Shown here: piece after piece, positions 12,230 through 25,879 of the stretch | Position numbering within the stretch: position 1 is the stretch's first letter | Layout of the letters: each line of letters begins with the position of its first letter | Assembly (NCBI GenBank): GCA_002633005.1 | Contig: NMRA01000382.1 | Coordinates: 124,425 to 188,424, forward strand | Direction of reading: 5' to 3' | Origin: Phoronis australis | Taxonomy: Eukaryota > Animalia > Phoronida | Length of the DNA stretch: 64,000 nt | Translations under genes and position numbers: made by a program | The notes under the pieces: model-generated | Seen by the model: the letters and a program-made list of their open reading frames with translations, nothing else | Database searches by the model: none | Told to the model about the DNA's origin: nothing

Positions 12230-13660
12230 TCATAAAAATGGCCACTAGATGGCGCAAAATCATAAAATCCATCAGAAAATGGGAAAATGTAATTGCTTCT
12301 TAAATAGAAAGCTACACAACAAATTTCATAGAAATCTGTCACCGAACTTCAGAGAAACCAAAGAAAACAGAAAAAAATGAAATTGCCACTAGGGGGCACA
12401 CTGTTCATAGGATCTGCCTTAAAGTCGTCATTGGCTGTTGTTAGCTTCATATAAATACAGTTACTAATCAAATTTAATAATGATGTTGCAGTTGGTTTAA
12501 GAGATACAGCTATGGGTGCAAAACGAAACTACCACTAGCAGGCACCAATTTTAAAAATCATCCTTAGAATGATTTGGTTGAAAGACGCTGGGATAGATGC
12601 CAAAAACAGAGAGAAAACAGCAAAACTGGCCACTACGTGGCGCTAAAATACCTTGATTCCACCCGAAAACAGGAGGATAGCGTCATCTCATCAATAGGTG
12701 CCCGTATTCAAAATTTTATGAAAATCAGTTGAGTACCTGTGAAGATACAGATGTAAACTTAAATCTAAAATTGGCACCAGGGGACACGCCAGTAGTCAGA
12801 TCCATTCGAAAATTGTCGTCGTCCGTTGTCAACGTCATACTTGTATAAACACACTTGTTAACCTTACTAAAGATCCTGCAAACAGTTTGGGAGATACAGT
12901 CATGGGCGTAAAAAATGAAACTGCCACTAGGAGGAGTCAGAGTAGTAGAAATCATCGGAAAATCGTTGTCAGCCGCCCACTTCATGTAAAAACGTATATG
13001 GCAATTTTCATAATTATCCTGAAAGCGATTTGGTTGATAGAGGGGTGGACGCCAAAAAGCAGACTCGAAAAGTGTAAAAATGGCCAATACGTGACGCAAA
13101 ATACCTCAAATCCGTCCGAAAACTAGAAGATAGTGTCATCTCACTAATAGACGACTATATCCCAAATTTTATGAAAATGTGTCGAGGACCTTTAAAGATA
13201 TAGAGGTAAATGTAAAAAACTAAAATTGCCACTAGGCGAAGCACCAGATCCTGCAAACGGTTCAGGAGAATCAGCCATGGGCGCAAAAAACTGCCACTAG
13301 TAGGCGCCACAGTATTCGAAGTCGTCGGAAAATCAACGTCAGCCATTCTTTTCATAGTAAGAACGTACATGCCAATTTTCACAATCACCCTTCGAGCGGT
13401 TTGGTTAAAAGAGCAATGAACGTCAAAAAACAGACTCGAAAACAGTAAAAATGGCCACTAGATGGCGCAGACTACGTTGAATCCATCCGAGAACGAGAGG
13501 TTAGTGTCATCTCGCTAATAGATGCCTATATTCCAAATTTTGAGAAAATACGTTGAGGACCTCCGAAGATACAGAGGTGAGCGTAAAAAGTAAAATTGCC
13601 ACTAGGGGGGAAAACCCGTATTCAGAGAGGTCCAAAATCTGCCGTCAACCATCGTCAGCT
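12230..13660 (+). repeat. Degenerate higher-order tandem repeat (~145-bp subunits in ~370-450-bp units), each subunit with a CTCF-like motif
   Basis: Recurrent gccactagRKggcRc-like words at ~12241, 12385, 12531, 12629, 12773, 12923, 13083, 13228, 13293, 13454 and 13598. Flanking words also repeat (gtcatctc..aatag, caaattttatgaaaat, gcgRtttggtt). Confidence 0.8.
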
Positions 13661-16373
13661 TGTTTAAAACAGTTTGCCCTGCCCCCCATTTTGTGGAAAC
13701 CATCGATCTTATCATTGAATCAGGTGTAGCTCAAGTAAAATAAAATATCTGCCCACCTTTAACATCAGAGAGGCTCTAAGTCCAAGGCAAGGCTTGAGTT
13801 TGGAAAGCAAGTGGAAATGCAGTCAACAGAGAATATATGGAAGAACATAATGTATCGATTCCAATTGGGTCAGCTAAGCGTTTATGTACATGTAGGTGCA
13901 GGTCATCAATGCTCTATACCTGTTGATAACAAATTTATTATATTTGCTTTCTCAAGATACTGACGTTCGCCAGGAAGGACACAACCCTACATGAAGTAAA
14001 GTGACACTTGAGTACTAGAGTAATTTTAGTAACTTCTTCCAGTATTAGTAAACCATACTCTTTATCTCAGCATTTAGGATTTATCGAAATACATCCCATT
14101 TTATGGATATGCATGTGTAAGAAGTGGAAATTTGGTGTCCATTATCAAAATATTTAATCGAGCCCTTGTCTCCTAGCTGACACAAATTTCTCGTCTAATT
14201 CCCCTGTTCTAACTTCTGATTGGTCACAATTCTCTATCTGTATAGCCACAGATATATGAATTTCCACCATATGCAGTGGAAACCCATTACAGTGGGGCCT
14301 AATTTAACATGGCTAAAGTAATAACACCGTTAGGGTCCCGAATATCTGAAGCATTCATCTTCAGGAATAAGACTGGGGAAAACATTTGGGGATTCAAAAT
14401 ACAGCATTGTGTTACGAGTTATGTTATGCCTACTTTCCATAAATTTCTGTTGCAGGTCTTTGCGGAAATTGTAAGCGTTTACCAAAGTAGTTAGCCACTG
14501 TAGTTGAAAGAGTACTAGCAAGTAGTTAGTTAATGAATTGCAGTGTTGTTGCACAAAACCTTTTTATGGGATTCTTGGTTCCCGGATTAAGTGCGTGGCT
14601 ATTTAATGATATCAAAACAGTAGTTGTGGTAGATTTTTATTTCAGTTGTATTGTGGTTGCTTATTAACCTCGTAGACAAATAAAAACGCCGTGCATTCAT
14701 CGGATTTTGCGTCTCGGAAGTTTCACTGCGCAATTTGTTAAGAATTACAGGAGTAGCTAACTACAAGGTTCGAACATTGCTTCAAATATAAACAGTGCTG
14801 GTGGGCATGTAAACTGCAAATTGACTCAAAAACTGGTGACTGGCTCACAAATTCATCTGCTAGGAAACATTACTGATGGACTGTAACACTGTCCTTGTAT
14901 TTGCAGACAAAACACTCTGTGTGTATGCTGCATTTACTGTCTGTCAACCGTGTCTCTCAGTGGATCTGACCCCAAGAACTGTGGTTTTTGGGTGCATCAG
15001 TTATGTTTTGTGAGTTGGGGCCAGAGCTTGTGAGTCATTGGATAGCGTTAACAGACCTTGAACTATGTTTATGGTGAGGAACTATCAACATTTGAAAATT
15101 CCTGTGAGAGGGAAGGCTGCTTGTAATGAAACCTTAGGAACTCCAAGCACATGTAGGTCATAACAGGATTTTTATAGTTGCCCCGGGTTGCGTTAGTGGC
15201 CAATGAGGCAAACTTTGAAAGGTGAGTTTGGCTAAAAACATTGAAAATGCATTGTACACTGTATTCTTTTTAGCCTGAGAATCATGCAAAACATAAAATT
15301 TTCTCAATTAGCATCTTGACATGAAGAGTGTTGGATCTTGTCTTAACTTCATGGCATTTCGAAGCCGTGGCAATGCTAGTATTAAACTTGATGGTTTCCC
15401 AGGTTTTAGTAGTTCAGTTACATTTTGATTAATTGACAACACCTTTTGTTTTGAGTGCTCCTTGCACACACAAAGGGTTGCTTGCATGTGTGAGTGGCCA
15501 TCTTACCAAGCTTTTTTGAGTGGTAAAAATAAATTCGTTCGGGAAAGGCTGTTTATGGAAAATATAATTCTTGGGTTTACGGATTAAGTTGCATATAATC
15601 GTAATGTTTACAGGTAAACTTTTCAAGTGGAGACGAGTGGGACCAACCATCATTCTGGTTGCCCACGCCTTTGCAAAAGATGCATAAGTCAAATCAGTTT
15701 CTCGGTGCTACATATGATAGACTAGTCAACCCTGTTAGGTCCCAGCTTCTAACTGACATCGATGAAATTGCCAAAAGGACCTAGCGTTGTTACAAACGAA
15801 AAGCCAGCGAAACATTATCTGTAACCCATGAATGTATTGCTCCTGGTCATAGTAATGTTCTGAAGAATGTCTTTCAAATAAGCAGATTAAACTTTTTTCC
15901 CGTTTAGCAGCATTCAATCGTTCCGGGAAACTCGCACAGTTTGATGCCTTTGAAATCAGAAGTATCGCTAAGGAAGATCGTCAATTTGAACTGCGACAAA
16001 AGATTGTTGAGTCGATGGAATTGCCGCAGTAGCGCATTTCATGTATTCAAGATTAAGAAACATTTGAAATACAGTATGTCAAAAGTAGTCAGACAAAATG
16101 CTATTTCCATTTCGAGACGTATCATTTGTGCTGAATAAAAATGTCTCATTGTACACCTAATTTGCTCACATTTTGTAAACGTGACCACATTTGTTCTTTT
16201 CTATTTGCTTGATTTATGGCATGTACATGTAGTTTGCCTGTGTCAATATAGTATTTGTATTCTCTATATTACTTTGGTTCTTGTCTAATGTTTACCTATC
16301 TTAATAAGTAACGTATAACCTTCTCTGCTGGGTCTCTATGTCTAACATAATAAACAATAATTTAAATCGGGTC

Positions 16374-16415
16374 CACTGGCCTCCACTGGCCTAAACTGGC
16401 CTCCATTGGCCTCCG
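16374..16415. repeat. 10-bp tandem repeat (ccactggcct) x~4
   Basis: Directly visible. Confidence 0.8.
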
Positions 16416-16652
16416 CTTGCCGAACTTTGTTCCAAAATCTTTTTGCAGCATTAGTCCAGTTCACCCAATATAAAGTCTGAGTGTCTGTGTATTTTATTTT
16501 CGTTTGCTGCACATGCATTGTCCTATGATTTTTCGATGAAGTAGCTGACACTATAGGTATTAGTCTCGAGACTTCTGAACTTTTAGAGTCTGACTGATGG
16601 TAAGCACCAAACACCATTGCAAACCCATCAGTGGGCATTTTTACATACTAAA

Positions 16653-16932
16653 CTCGGGCGGATCCAGGATTTTGTGTTTTGTGCAGGGCATAGGATTGAC
16701 CAGAATTTCGCCACATGCGCGCGCCCACTCTAAAAGATAGCGATGCAGGGGTCTCGAATTTTTGGGTATGTGGACCCTATTACTAAAAATGGCAAACGTG
16801 GTTTGTTCAAGGCCTATGCNCCTGGGTGCACGCATATGCAAGTCAGCAATTCACACCTCAAACTGTCAAAGGAACTCCGGGAGAATCTTAGGGGGGCATG
16901 CCCCCCTTGGCCCCTCCCTAAATCTGCCACTG
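16653..16932. mobile_element. hAT-like MITE
   Basis: Ends gggcggatccaggatt...aaatctgccactg resemble CAGTGGCGGATC-type TIRs. An internal segment recurs at ~40680-40735. Confidence 0.6.
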
Positions 16933-17899
16933 AAAATGTGGTAAATGCAAAAAACAGAAATAATTTTCCGCTATCTTGCATGTGAAATATTCGGTTTGCT
17001 GTGTTTTTTGATAAAAATGTATACGAACCTTCCGCAAATACATCTACATGCATGCGTTGTGGGTAAAAACAAAAAATGTTGGAATCCATAATGCGCGAAT
17101 ATTCAGACATCCATATGGATATCTGGGCGTCACTGTTTCGGGACTTTCCCGACTGACAAGCGTAAAAAATTATTAAACAACGCAAATTCCACCGGTAGTC
17201 CATTGTCCTCATAACATCAGTTTTCTAACCTCATTTCACAGCATCTATCCCATACCGTTTCAATATATTTCTTTTTATGACTAACTACATGTACTCTGCT
17301 GTCTGAGTTCTTCATGTTTGGTGATATATAGCTGTGCATTTGTCTCCTTCCAACCCAACACGCTTATTATTGTTTCTTTATGAAATTCCTTGAATTCAGA
17401 TGTGTCCGGACGCGATCAACCGACTTCGAAAAAAATAGAAAATTTAATTACAATCAGACTCATACATTAAAATTTCAGATTTCGAGTTCGCAGTAATTTA
17501 TCACTGAAGACTTACTTTCTAGATTTTTTACTCAACCATAATGCATTATGAAACGATGATTTTATGCACATGCTATTGGCAGTGTTATCGTCCGTGTCAA
17601 AGGAAATCAACGTGCTTTGTTATGCTTCTCATTCTTTTCTGTCAAGTAACCTTTCTAGTTTCCTTATTAAATATGCAATTGATTTGGTCGAAAGCCTATT
17701 TTAAGATTTCAAAAGTGTTTTTTGAATCCTCGTTCGCACGGTAAGTTCGCAAATGGTGCCAAAATGTAGCTGGCTTGAAATTGGCAGAAAAACAACACGC
17801 TCCATAGCAACCACAAGGTGGCACACACAAAAAAAAATAATGTGGGTATGAAGGTTGGGGAATCATCAAACATCATGCAAACAATCTAGGAAATCCGTG

Positions 17900-20350
17900 A
17901 CATAGCCTTTATCACTTTTTGTCTGGAAAGAAATCGGTGACATTACTCCACAGATGGAAACTATTCTTGGCAGTAATGTATACCGTTAAACGCTGACAGT
18001 TTTATGTATATATGGCCAAGCTCGTACATGTACGTTATGCAAACACATCAAAGGCTGTTTATAGAGAATTGGTCTTCACAAACATCACCCAGAACTGAAC
18101 TGCATTGATTTTAAGGGTTTACCAGCTCACGGTAACTGTTTATATAGTTACCTAAATTGTTACTGTCAGCTCTTTTGTCAGCCAAAACCACAGCATTATA
18201 TTAACGGCCATCTCTGTTTCGTCTTCTTTATTCAACAGATTCAAACCAAACTGCTGCTTTTGGAGGTGTTGATCACGGAAATCAACTTAGGCCCATCACC
18301 CAGATGCATCTCATCAGCCTTGGTGGCATTATTGTCTACTGGAAACTTTAGTATGCGTAAGTTGGGTACCGTCTTGGAAATTCATTTTTGTTTTCACCAA
18401 TATCATTTGTCTTTCTAAGACGGCACTTTGGCGAAAACATCTACTATCCGGGTATACAGCTAATTTTCATCAGAATTCATTGAGCGTCGTTGATTGTCGC
18501 GTTCAAACCTGTTCAGTGGGAATACACACCTGTTTCACGTGACAGATTGTCATGCCTATAGTTGTCGTTTCTCTTGGAAAAAAAAATGGTCCTTTTTCAA
18601 TAGTGCAGGTAATCATTGACCCCTTGACACCCCAAAGTTTAAACTGCAACTACGGTATGCTTATTGACACCTTTGGTTGAGGAATCATGTCCATGGTGAC
18701 ATGGAAATGGAAGATACTTCTTTATGAGTGATCAACCCCTGCTCAACCTACCTTTTAAAAAACGTCCTGTGGAATGGATATGTACTCCATAAGCAATGCC
18801 AACACATGACCCATCTTTTTATTGATGATAATTAACGTGATAAACATACTAAACTATCATATGAAACGAAAGTGGTTCTCTGACACAGAAATAGTATTCA
18901 GCCTGCTCACCAGGAATTTTTGCACTCAGGTCGTAAATATTTTGAACTTCTTGTTTACTTTCAGGATGTCGATCCCTCATCTGCTCGTTTTTTGTTGATT
19001 TATCTCTCACAAGGGAAATCGCATGTCCTTATTTCATATGGAAGAAGTACACTTAGGATACTCCCTTACACTTGTATGGAAAGTGCGAGCTTTAACTTCA
19101 AGTGACCTTAAGCATCTGACTATGAGTGTATGCGTGTATGCATTGCAAGAGGCATAACGAGATTAGAAAGTCTGGGGTAACCACAAAGTTTTTTCTTCGC
19201 GCGTACAGGAGTACATGTATTTCAAGCATCATGAATTTGAGGGTTTTTCTGTAAATCTCTTCACACGGGGATGTGAGTTACTCTGTACTAGACCTTGCGA
19301 AATGGTACTTCCGTAAAGGTATTGTAAGAGCTTTCGCATTCCACGCCTCTTTTGCCACGTACATGTATTGCGCGCAGTAACTTACTCATAACGTTCACAC
19401 GTAAGAAGGGAGAAAATGCCAATATCCTCCGTCCTTTAATCTCGTCACACCTTAGGGGCCAGTTCTTAGAAAATGCTGCTGCATGTTGCATTCAGCTCTA
19501 ATTCAAAACTCTCTGACCGGATGGTAATTGATTGTTCTATTTTGAGATTCTGTATTTTTTGTGTCTCATATAGCAGCCAGTGGATATCTGTCTTTTGACT
19601 TGGAGGTCTTGGCAGATTTAATGGCTATAAGCTTTAGCCGGTGCCGTTGAACCAGGCTAAGTCATTCATAAATTTATTTTAGCCAAACGTTACGCAAAAG
19701 CAAACCTATAGCCTTCGATTCACGGAACACACTGTCAACGCGCGGACAATTCCAACAGTGCCAGTTTGAAAAAAGTTTAATACCGAATAACTATCGCAGT
19801 TCTTATTCGTAATATGTGTTTCAGGTGAATGTCTGGGATGGATCCTTGAAGCCAAAGCAAACAACGGAATGAAATTTACTTTTCTTATCGACTGTAACCA
19901 AGTAAAGTCAATAACATTTATGTCGATACAGACTTGTTGTTTCTATCAGAACTTTGTTGGTTGCAACTTACTGCAAAGCCTGAGAAGCAATTGTAAGTTT
20001 TAATAAAATTGGTCTTATAATTGTCATCATCGTGATAGGATTTGATCTCCACAACCATCTCCGAGTCAAATGCAACGCGTTTATTCTAAACCGTAAGTTG
20101 CAATTTTATGATTTTCCAACTGCTGCTCCCTAACAGGTTTTCTTGGGTCGTTGACGGTATCAACTACTTTATTGGTACGGGTAAGGAATATTTTACATTT
20201 TTTTCGTGAGAGTGAATTACCTTAAGCCATAGTAATAATTAAGATAACAAAGCGCCAATGCATCTTTATCGACCAGTAGTTTACTCAAAATTCCTGCAAC
20301 TTTACGTTTCAGTTTTTTTTTTGCTAAACAGGTTGACCCAATACATCAAG
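17900..20350. repeat. ~2.4-kb direct duplication, unit 1 (paired with ~25610-27990)
   Basis: Colinear similarity of roughly 75-80% by eye, e.g. ggcagtaatgtataccgttaaacgctg (~17969) vs ggcagtaatgtatgccgttaaacgctg (~25676), and gaccagtagtttactcaaaattcct in both. Confidence 0.92.
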
Positions 20351-21159
20351 GTTATTTCTGACTACGGGAATTCTAATGCATTTTCAAGCTTTCCCTCATC
20401 TATAAACTGTGTTTACATCACTGACATTCCACTTTCTCTTCTCCCTCAAATATGCACATCACACATAACGTTTGCGTCTAAAGTTAGTGATCGACAGACT
20501 TATGGGTGTATTGCGATACATGTTTGAGTAAAAAGCGGAATCAACATTGAGGAATGCGCAAACACCCCCAAGGTACATAATTGGAGAGACGTATCATTGT
20601 CCACAACACGTCCACTGGGCAGCTGGCCGGATGTTCTGATGCTGTCGCGCTCCCAGGGCAGTTTCTTGCACCGTCATATCCGGTTCTTTAGTTTGGTCGA
20701 CGTTTTCTTACAGGGATACTTATTTCCAGCTGTCATTGATTACGGATCCCTGAAAATAATTATTTTGGACTCTGTATATAGATGGTTATGTCTTAAGCCT
20801 GGAATTATTCTCCACTTTACCATTCACGGTACTGTACGTGACATGTCTATGCCCGTAATTTCGATCCTGATGGAAATGATTAAAAGAACACCTACTTGGA
20901 TACCCCAGACCCTCTCGACCAACGATCACATTGCCCTACTCCATCTGACCCACGGCCACAACCCCATCGACCAAGGCTACACAAAGTCAACTCCATCTGA
21001 ACATGGAACAAGAGCTGACTGGAAGGACCAACGAGTCGGGCTGTTAGATCAACTGAGCTTTTTTCTGTTATTTTCCAATGGAGAGAATCGATTCGGTATG
21101 TTTGGAAACCAGAACCAGACAAAAAGCAACGCCACCAATTAGAACCAAAGACCTACCAT
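18228..21159 (-). pseudogene. Decayed intronless kringle + WSC-like type-I membrane receptor gene (copy A)
   Basis: Read across frameshifts and stops: signal-like RSLVLIGGVAFCLVLVS; kringle-like RCSFN..NYGHRHVTYS..VKW..NNYF/RDP; then SCPVDVLW..NYVPWGCL..VCRS..VECQ*C (WSC-like); then SSW..NKRVAFDSEM..SGFAVSCNQ and ELNATC; a TM region (clearer in copy B); C-terminus PPKAAVWFESVE*. Confidence 0.55.
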
Positions 21160-24044
21160 CCTTAAAAATAGCGTTAAAGGTGAAGAGTAATCGCCATTCC
21201 TGGTTATCAAAAATGATAGATTAAAGCTTGTTGGGAGGGTGCGAGAAACCGATGAATACCTAGTTTCTTCAGTTTGAAAGTACTACTAAAATATGTCGTT
21301 GCATGGAATATATTGTAAACGAGTATGCAACAGAAAACAACTCGTAAAAATGTTACATTATGTGCTTCCACGTGAAAGCACTCTCTGCCTAAATTTAGTA
21401 GAACGGGGCCATTGCAAGACGTTCGCGAAACTAATCAGCGGCTGATAACAGGGGGCCAACGGAGTAATGGCCCCTTAAAGTGCTTCGATATTCCATTTCC
21501 ACTTAGAACGAGCGATTTTTGAAGTGAAAATTCATGTCTAATACTCAACCCTGCCCCCTCTCTAACTAAAAGCCTGGATCCTCCCCTGCTATTTCCGTTA
21601 CGACGTTATCAAGCTAATCATTCGCTATTTAAGAACATATTATGAACAAACGTTTTCTTTTAACCACCAGATATTCGTTTAAATATATTGTTTTATTCTT
21701 TCGAAAAGGACGGCGAGTCCATATTTGGACAATACGTGTTAATTAATGTTATCCTTGTCTCATCAATATTAGTATCCATCATTAGTTTATTACCATTGTA
21801 GTCTTGCATAATGTTACGTAGTAAAGTGTGTTTCCTGTAGGCAATAAATGGAGTACTGATTTTCTCCTAGATAATTGAGAACATCTTTTTTGTTTTTCAT
21901 GGACTAACAGCCCTTTCAATGAGTTTACCATATGCTCACCTGTCATCATTTCACGGTTATGCACATATATCAAATGGCAACCAAATAGCAATGGTAAAAT
22001 CCTGACTCATTCACACCACATGGAAACAGGGCAAAAGAAAACAAAAACAATACAATCACATGCACAAGCACATCATAGATTTCACAGAGTACAACATCGA
22101 TGTGAAACATGATGTAACACGGGATAGAAAACAGATGAAAACTGATCCTCATAGTAAGGTTTATTCTCCCAGTATTTTTGATAATGAAGCCATAATAAAA
22201 AAATAGAAATATTGCCCATACGATCTCATACAAAAACAAGTAGAAAAAACTTAAGGACAACTACATTTCAATAAAGTGATTTGGCTCTATAGTATGCGTC
22301 TGGATCTTGTCGGGACACCAGCTCTGAGCAAGATAAATAACAAGGTTGCCTGTACTCCGTGCCTACACGCAATACAGATCTCTCTCATAAATAGCCCCAA
22401 GATAGATTGCCCAGCATGAAGCTTTATGACGTTATTTTGGCATTTAGTTCTGTTTGTAATACTTACCAAAGAAGTAATGGGTTCTGAAATCTTCCTCATA
22501 AAGAATAAGGTACAGGTGTCTAAGCCAAGGTCTATAAGGAACAACTAACCAGAAACCTCTTTATTTGCGACAAAGAGGAGCTACCCAGGCTTTTTCTAGG
22601 GACCATGTCACAGAACAGCCGTTAGGAAATGAGCTCGAAAATAAATGAGTGATCACAAAAAACTGTTATTATCTTACCCATGGTGGTTAAACAATTCACG
22701 AATCAAATTCCATTGATACTAATGTCAATACCCATAATGCACTGCAAGACCGCCACTGCTTCGAAATGTGGCTATTCGGAAAATTCTCCTCGCGATGTCG
22801 CTGCTATACTAGTGGTGTTTGAATTGTGTTGCGTCGCTATAATAGTAAGAATTAAAATTCGACACGTAAATGGCGATGACATGTGAAACCACCATGCGAT
22901 TTTGATATGTTTTTTTCCATTTTTTTGTGTTTCAGGCACCGATGGTTTCCTGTGATTAGGATTTTGCTTTCAAAGCCAAAAAAGTTCGCTTCATTTGGTC
23001 TCCCAACTGTTAATTCAAAGGTATCAGCTTAATCCACTTGAAATAGTGCACTAATTGAAATATTTCAATAAAAACCACATGGATCATTTATGTCAATTTA
23101 AGCTGAATGTAAAAGGTGATCCATAGAGTGATGTTTGATTTATTATTATTTTCTAGAGGAATGGCTCGTAAAGGCTTTAGCCCAAACAGGTGGCGCTTTG
23201 CATCGATCGTGTTGTCTGTCTCGTTATTGCCAATAGTTGTCAGTGCCTCCGTGCCAATGAAAAACTGCTGAATGAGGTAATTGCTAGGCTAAGGGGCAAA
23301 AAACGTTTGGACTAAGAAATCAATCACTTAAATGCACCACTGTCAACATTAACAGTTTGATTTTACCCACCTCTTTCAATCGACACTTAACTTTCGCCAT
23401 CAGCATCGGGCTGAATGTGTTGTTCAACTCCAACATTGTTACATGTACGTGTCAGTAAGAGTAGCATGCCCAACAACAGGTAATGAACACCATTCCTCAT
23501 TCGTCCGTGCTTCAGACTGGCAAGGGTTTGAAACTGATGCCTTGCTTCCTTGATAAAGTTAGGTGATTTCACCTTTGAATAAACTTCTTCAATTTCAAAC
23601 TGATGCCATGTCTTTAGGATGATCATAGGCAGTTGGTTGTCGTTAGATAAAAGCACTGTTTCATTAGTGATAAATGGAAGAAACCCTACTGAACGTTGTA
23701 ATTTTTGATTATGCCAATTGAGAGATCTAACTCAACAAAAAAAGTTTAATTGAAGAAATGTTGTGTTTCAAATTCAATTGAAGAGTGCATACCATAATAC
23801 AAAGGGGTGTTTTATCTTTAGGACAGACTGTAAATGTAGTAATACTTTGGATGGACCTACATGTATGCTTAGGCAAATTGATTTCCAAACTTCACTTTCA
23901 CAGCCTTACATGTACATGTCCAACACAGCAGTATCGCTACGAAAACACCCCGTGGAATTAAAGCGAAGGTAGTTAATTTTGATGCAAAATAGGTTGTCAT
24001 GGACATCTTCTAGTAAAGGTTCTTCAGAATCAGTGGTCGCCAGC

Positions 24045-25450
24045 ATGGTAACAAGAAGGAATGGGCAATTATCCTCGGTTCCCTATTGATAAGTGTCTAC
24101 AGTTTACTAGCTCATGGCAAGGTAACGTCGCTATCAACACGGGCAGAATGACATGTCCTAATATAACAAGAGAATTTGGTGAGTCGAGAGGCCTGTTGGA
24201 AGAAGGGACTTGATGTGAAAACCTTTACAGTGACACGACATTGTTTTAGAGACAGTGGACAATCAAGTATGTTCCAGATATTTAGATAAGTATATTGAGG
24301 CTTATGGGATGGATAAAGGAAGCATCGAAGTGTTGCCAAAGAAAAAAATCCCAAGAACGACCACTCGCATTCGTAACGAAACTACGGTTAAATACAGGCT
24401 CTCCCGCGATATCCCAGGCGTAAGATGGGAATTTTAATCGAAGCCTTAGTGAATCACTCAGAAACTCGCAATACTCTCTTTGTCAAACCTTATGTTACGA
24501 CGATTTCCAAAGCAATCCCGTCATTATTGCCAACACGAAAAACGGATTTGGTCTTTTGGGCATTTGAAGACTATTTTGAATACGACAAATTTATTAAGAA
24601 TCGATGGCACAAAACGTGTAATAAGCATTACAAAAAGAAGTAGGTTTCGCGCGCAAACGCTGTGGACCAAAAACAAGTAGGTCTCTTAGTGTGAGATTAG
24701 TAGAGAAATCGTGGTGTTGTATTGGTAACGCACGCGCGCTCTATGCGCAAGGTTGTGTGTTCGAGTCTTTGGTACTTGCATTTTTTCCTGTTTGACACGT
24801 TCTCCGTATTTTTTTTTGCCTTTTTTTTCTTGGATAATACTTCAGGAATCAAGGAAAATACTTGATTTTTAGATGTAAAAACAGAAAAATGTCCTGGGCG
24901 GGGACAAACCCCCCTCCCGACCTCCCCCCATTCGATGCTATGCGCATCTACAATCGTGGTTCAGTTTGCGCAAATGTTTACAGCCGGACAAAATGTTGGG
25001 CCCCCCTTGTGATATCCTAGATCCGCCACTGCTTAGTGGAAACCTCGGTGCTAGTAATGTAACTGAATCACAGCAGGATGCTCTCGAATTCAGATATTAC
25101 AAAGCATTAGGTAAACGATGTCATAATATACACCTGGGAAGGACATCTCTGTGCACCTAAGGATACGTAGTCTTTCGTTGAGTAAAACAGACATGTTTGA
25201 GAATAATACTGTCAAATGTGGGAATTTGCTATCTAATGAAGGTCTTTGGACAGTGGGTTGCAACGAATTTAGCGATTGTGGAAGACGCAACTTTAAAATT
25301 CATCCAAGAAGAAACAATGTCATCTACTAAGATTATACTGTGGTCGGTCCTGGGAATCGTATGACACTACATTAGATATGCTTGGATGGAAAAGCGAAGG
25401 CAGCCACACCATTGGCAGACTTGCGTGTATTGACAAAGAGCCAGCCGACG
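24045..25450 (+). pseudogene. Possible decayed membrane-protein gene (signal peptide, sushi/CCP-like segment, TM), interrupted by a hAT copy
   Basis: KKEWAIILGSLLISVYSLLAHG near an ATG at 24045. After the insertion: IIYTW..GYVV..NNTVKC..EGLWT..C, then KIILWSVLGIV. Many stops and frameshifts. Confidence 0.3.
24363..25031. mobile_element. 5'-truncated copy of the hAT-like element at 39388-40353
   Basis: Long colinear match (gtgaatcactcagaaactcgcaatactctctttgtcaaa...; right end cctagatccgccactg). Contains a tRNA-like segment at ~24710-24767. Confidence 0.85.
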
Positions 25451-25879
25451 AAATCATCAAGCCCAACTTTCATAACCACGCTTTTGTAAGCTAAGCCGGG
25501 AAATTGGGTGTAGTCCGATCCCGTGAGTGTCGTACTTCACTCCGAAACTCAAGTTACGACGGAGGCAAAAAAGGATACCTTAGAATGAGTTTAATCGTAT
25601 CGTTTGTGTGATGCAACTTTGCTTATTTCGTGTGGAACAAATGAGTGACGTTACTGCACGGGTGAAAACGTTTTTGGCAGTAATGTATGCCGTTAAACGC
25701 TGCCAGTTTTGTATCTATATGGTGAAGCTCGTACGTGATACAAACAGATCAAAAGCTGTTTAGACCTCACAAACATCACCCGGTGTAATAGGAACTGAAC
25801 TGCATTAATTTTACAGTTTACCAGCTCACGATATATGTATATAAAATTATCTAAAATTTTATCATCGCTGCATCGTCTT

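Noticed and set aside
20597-21142. 181-aa plus-strand ORF
   Set aside because: No recognisable motif; it is the antisense shadow of the minus-strand kringle-like pseudogene.
21782-22544. Hydrophobic minus-strand ORFs as a multi-TM protein
   Set aside because: Explained by T-rich composition; no conserved motif on either strand.
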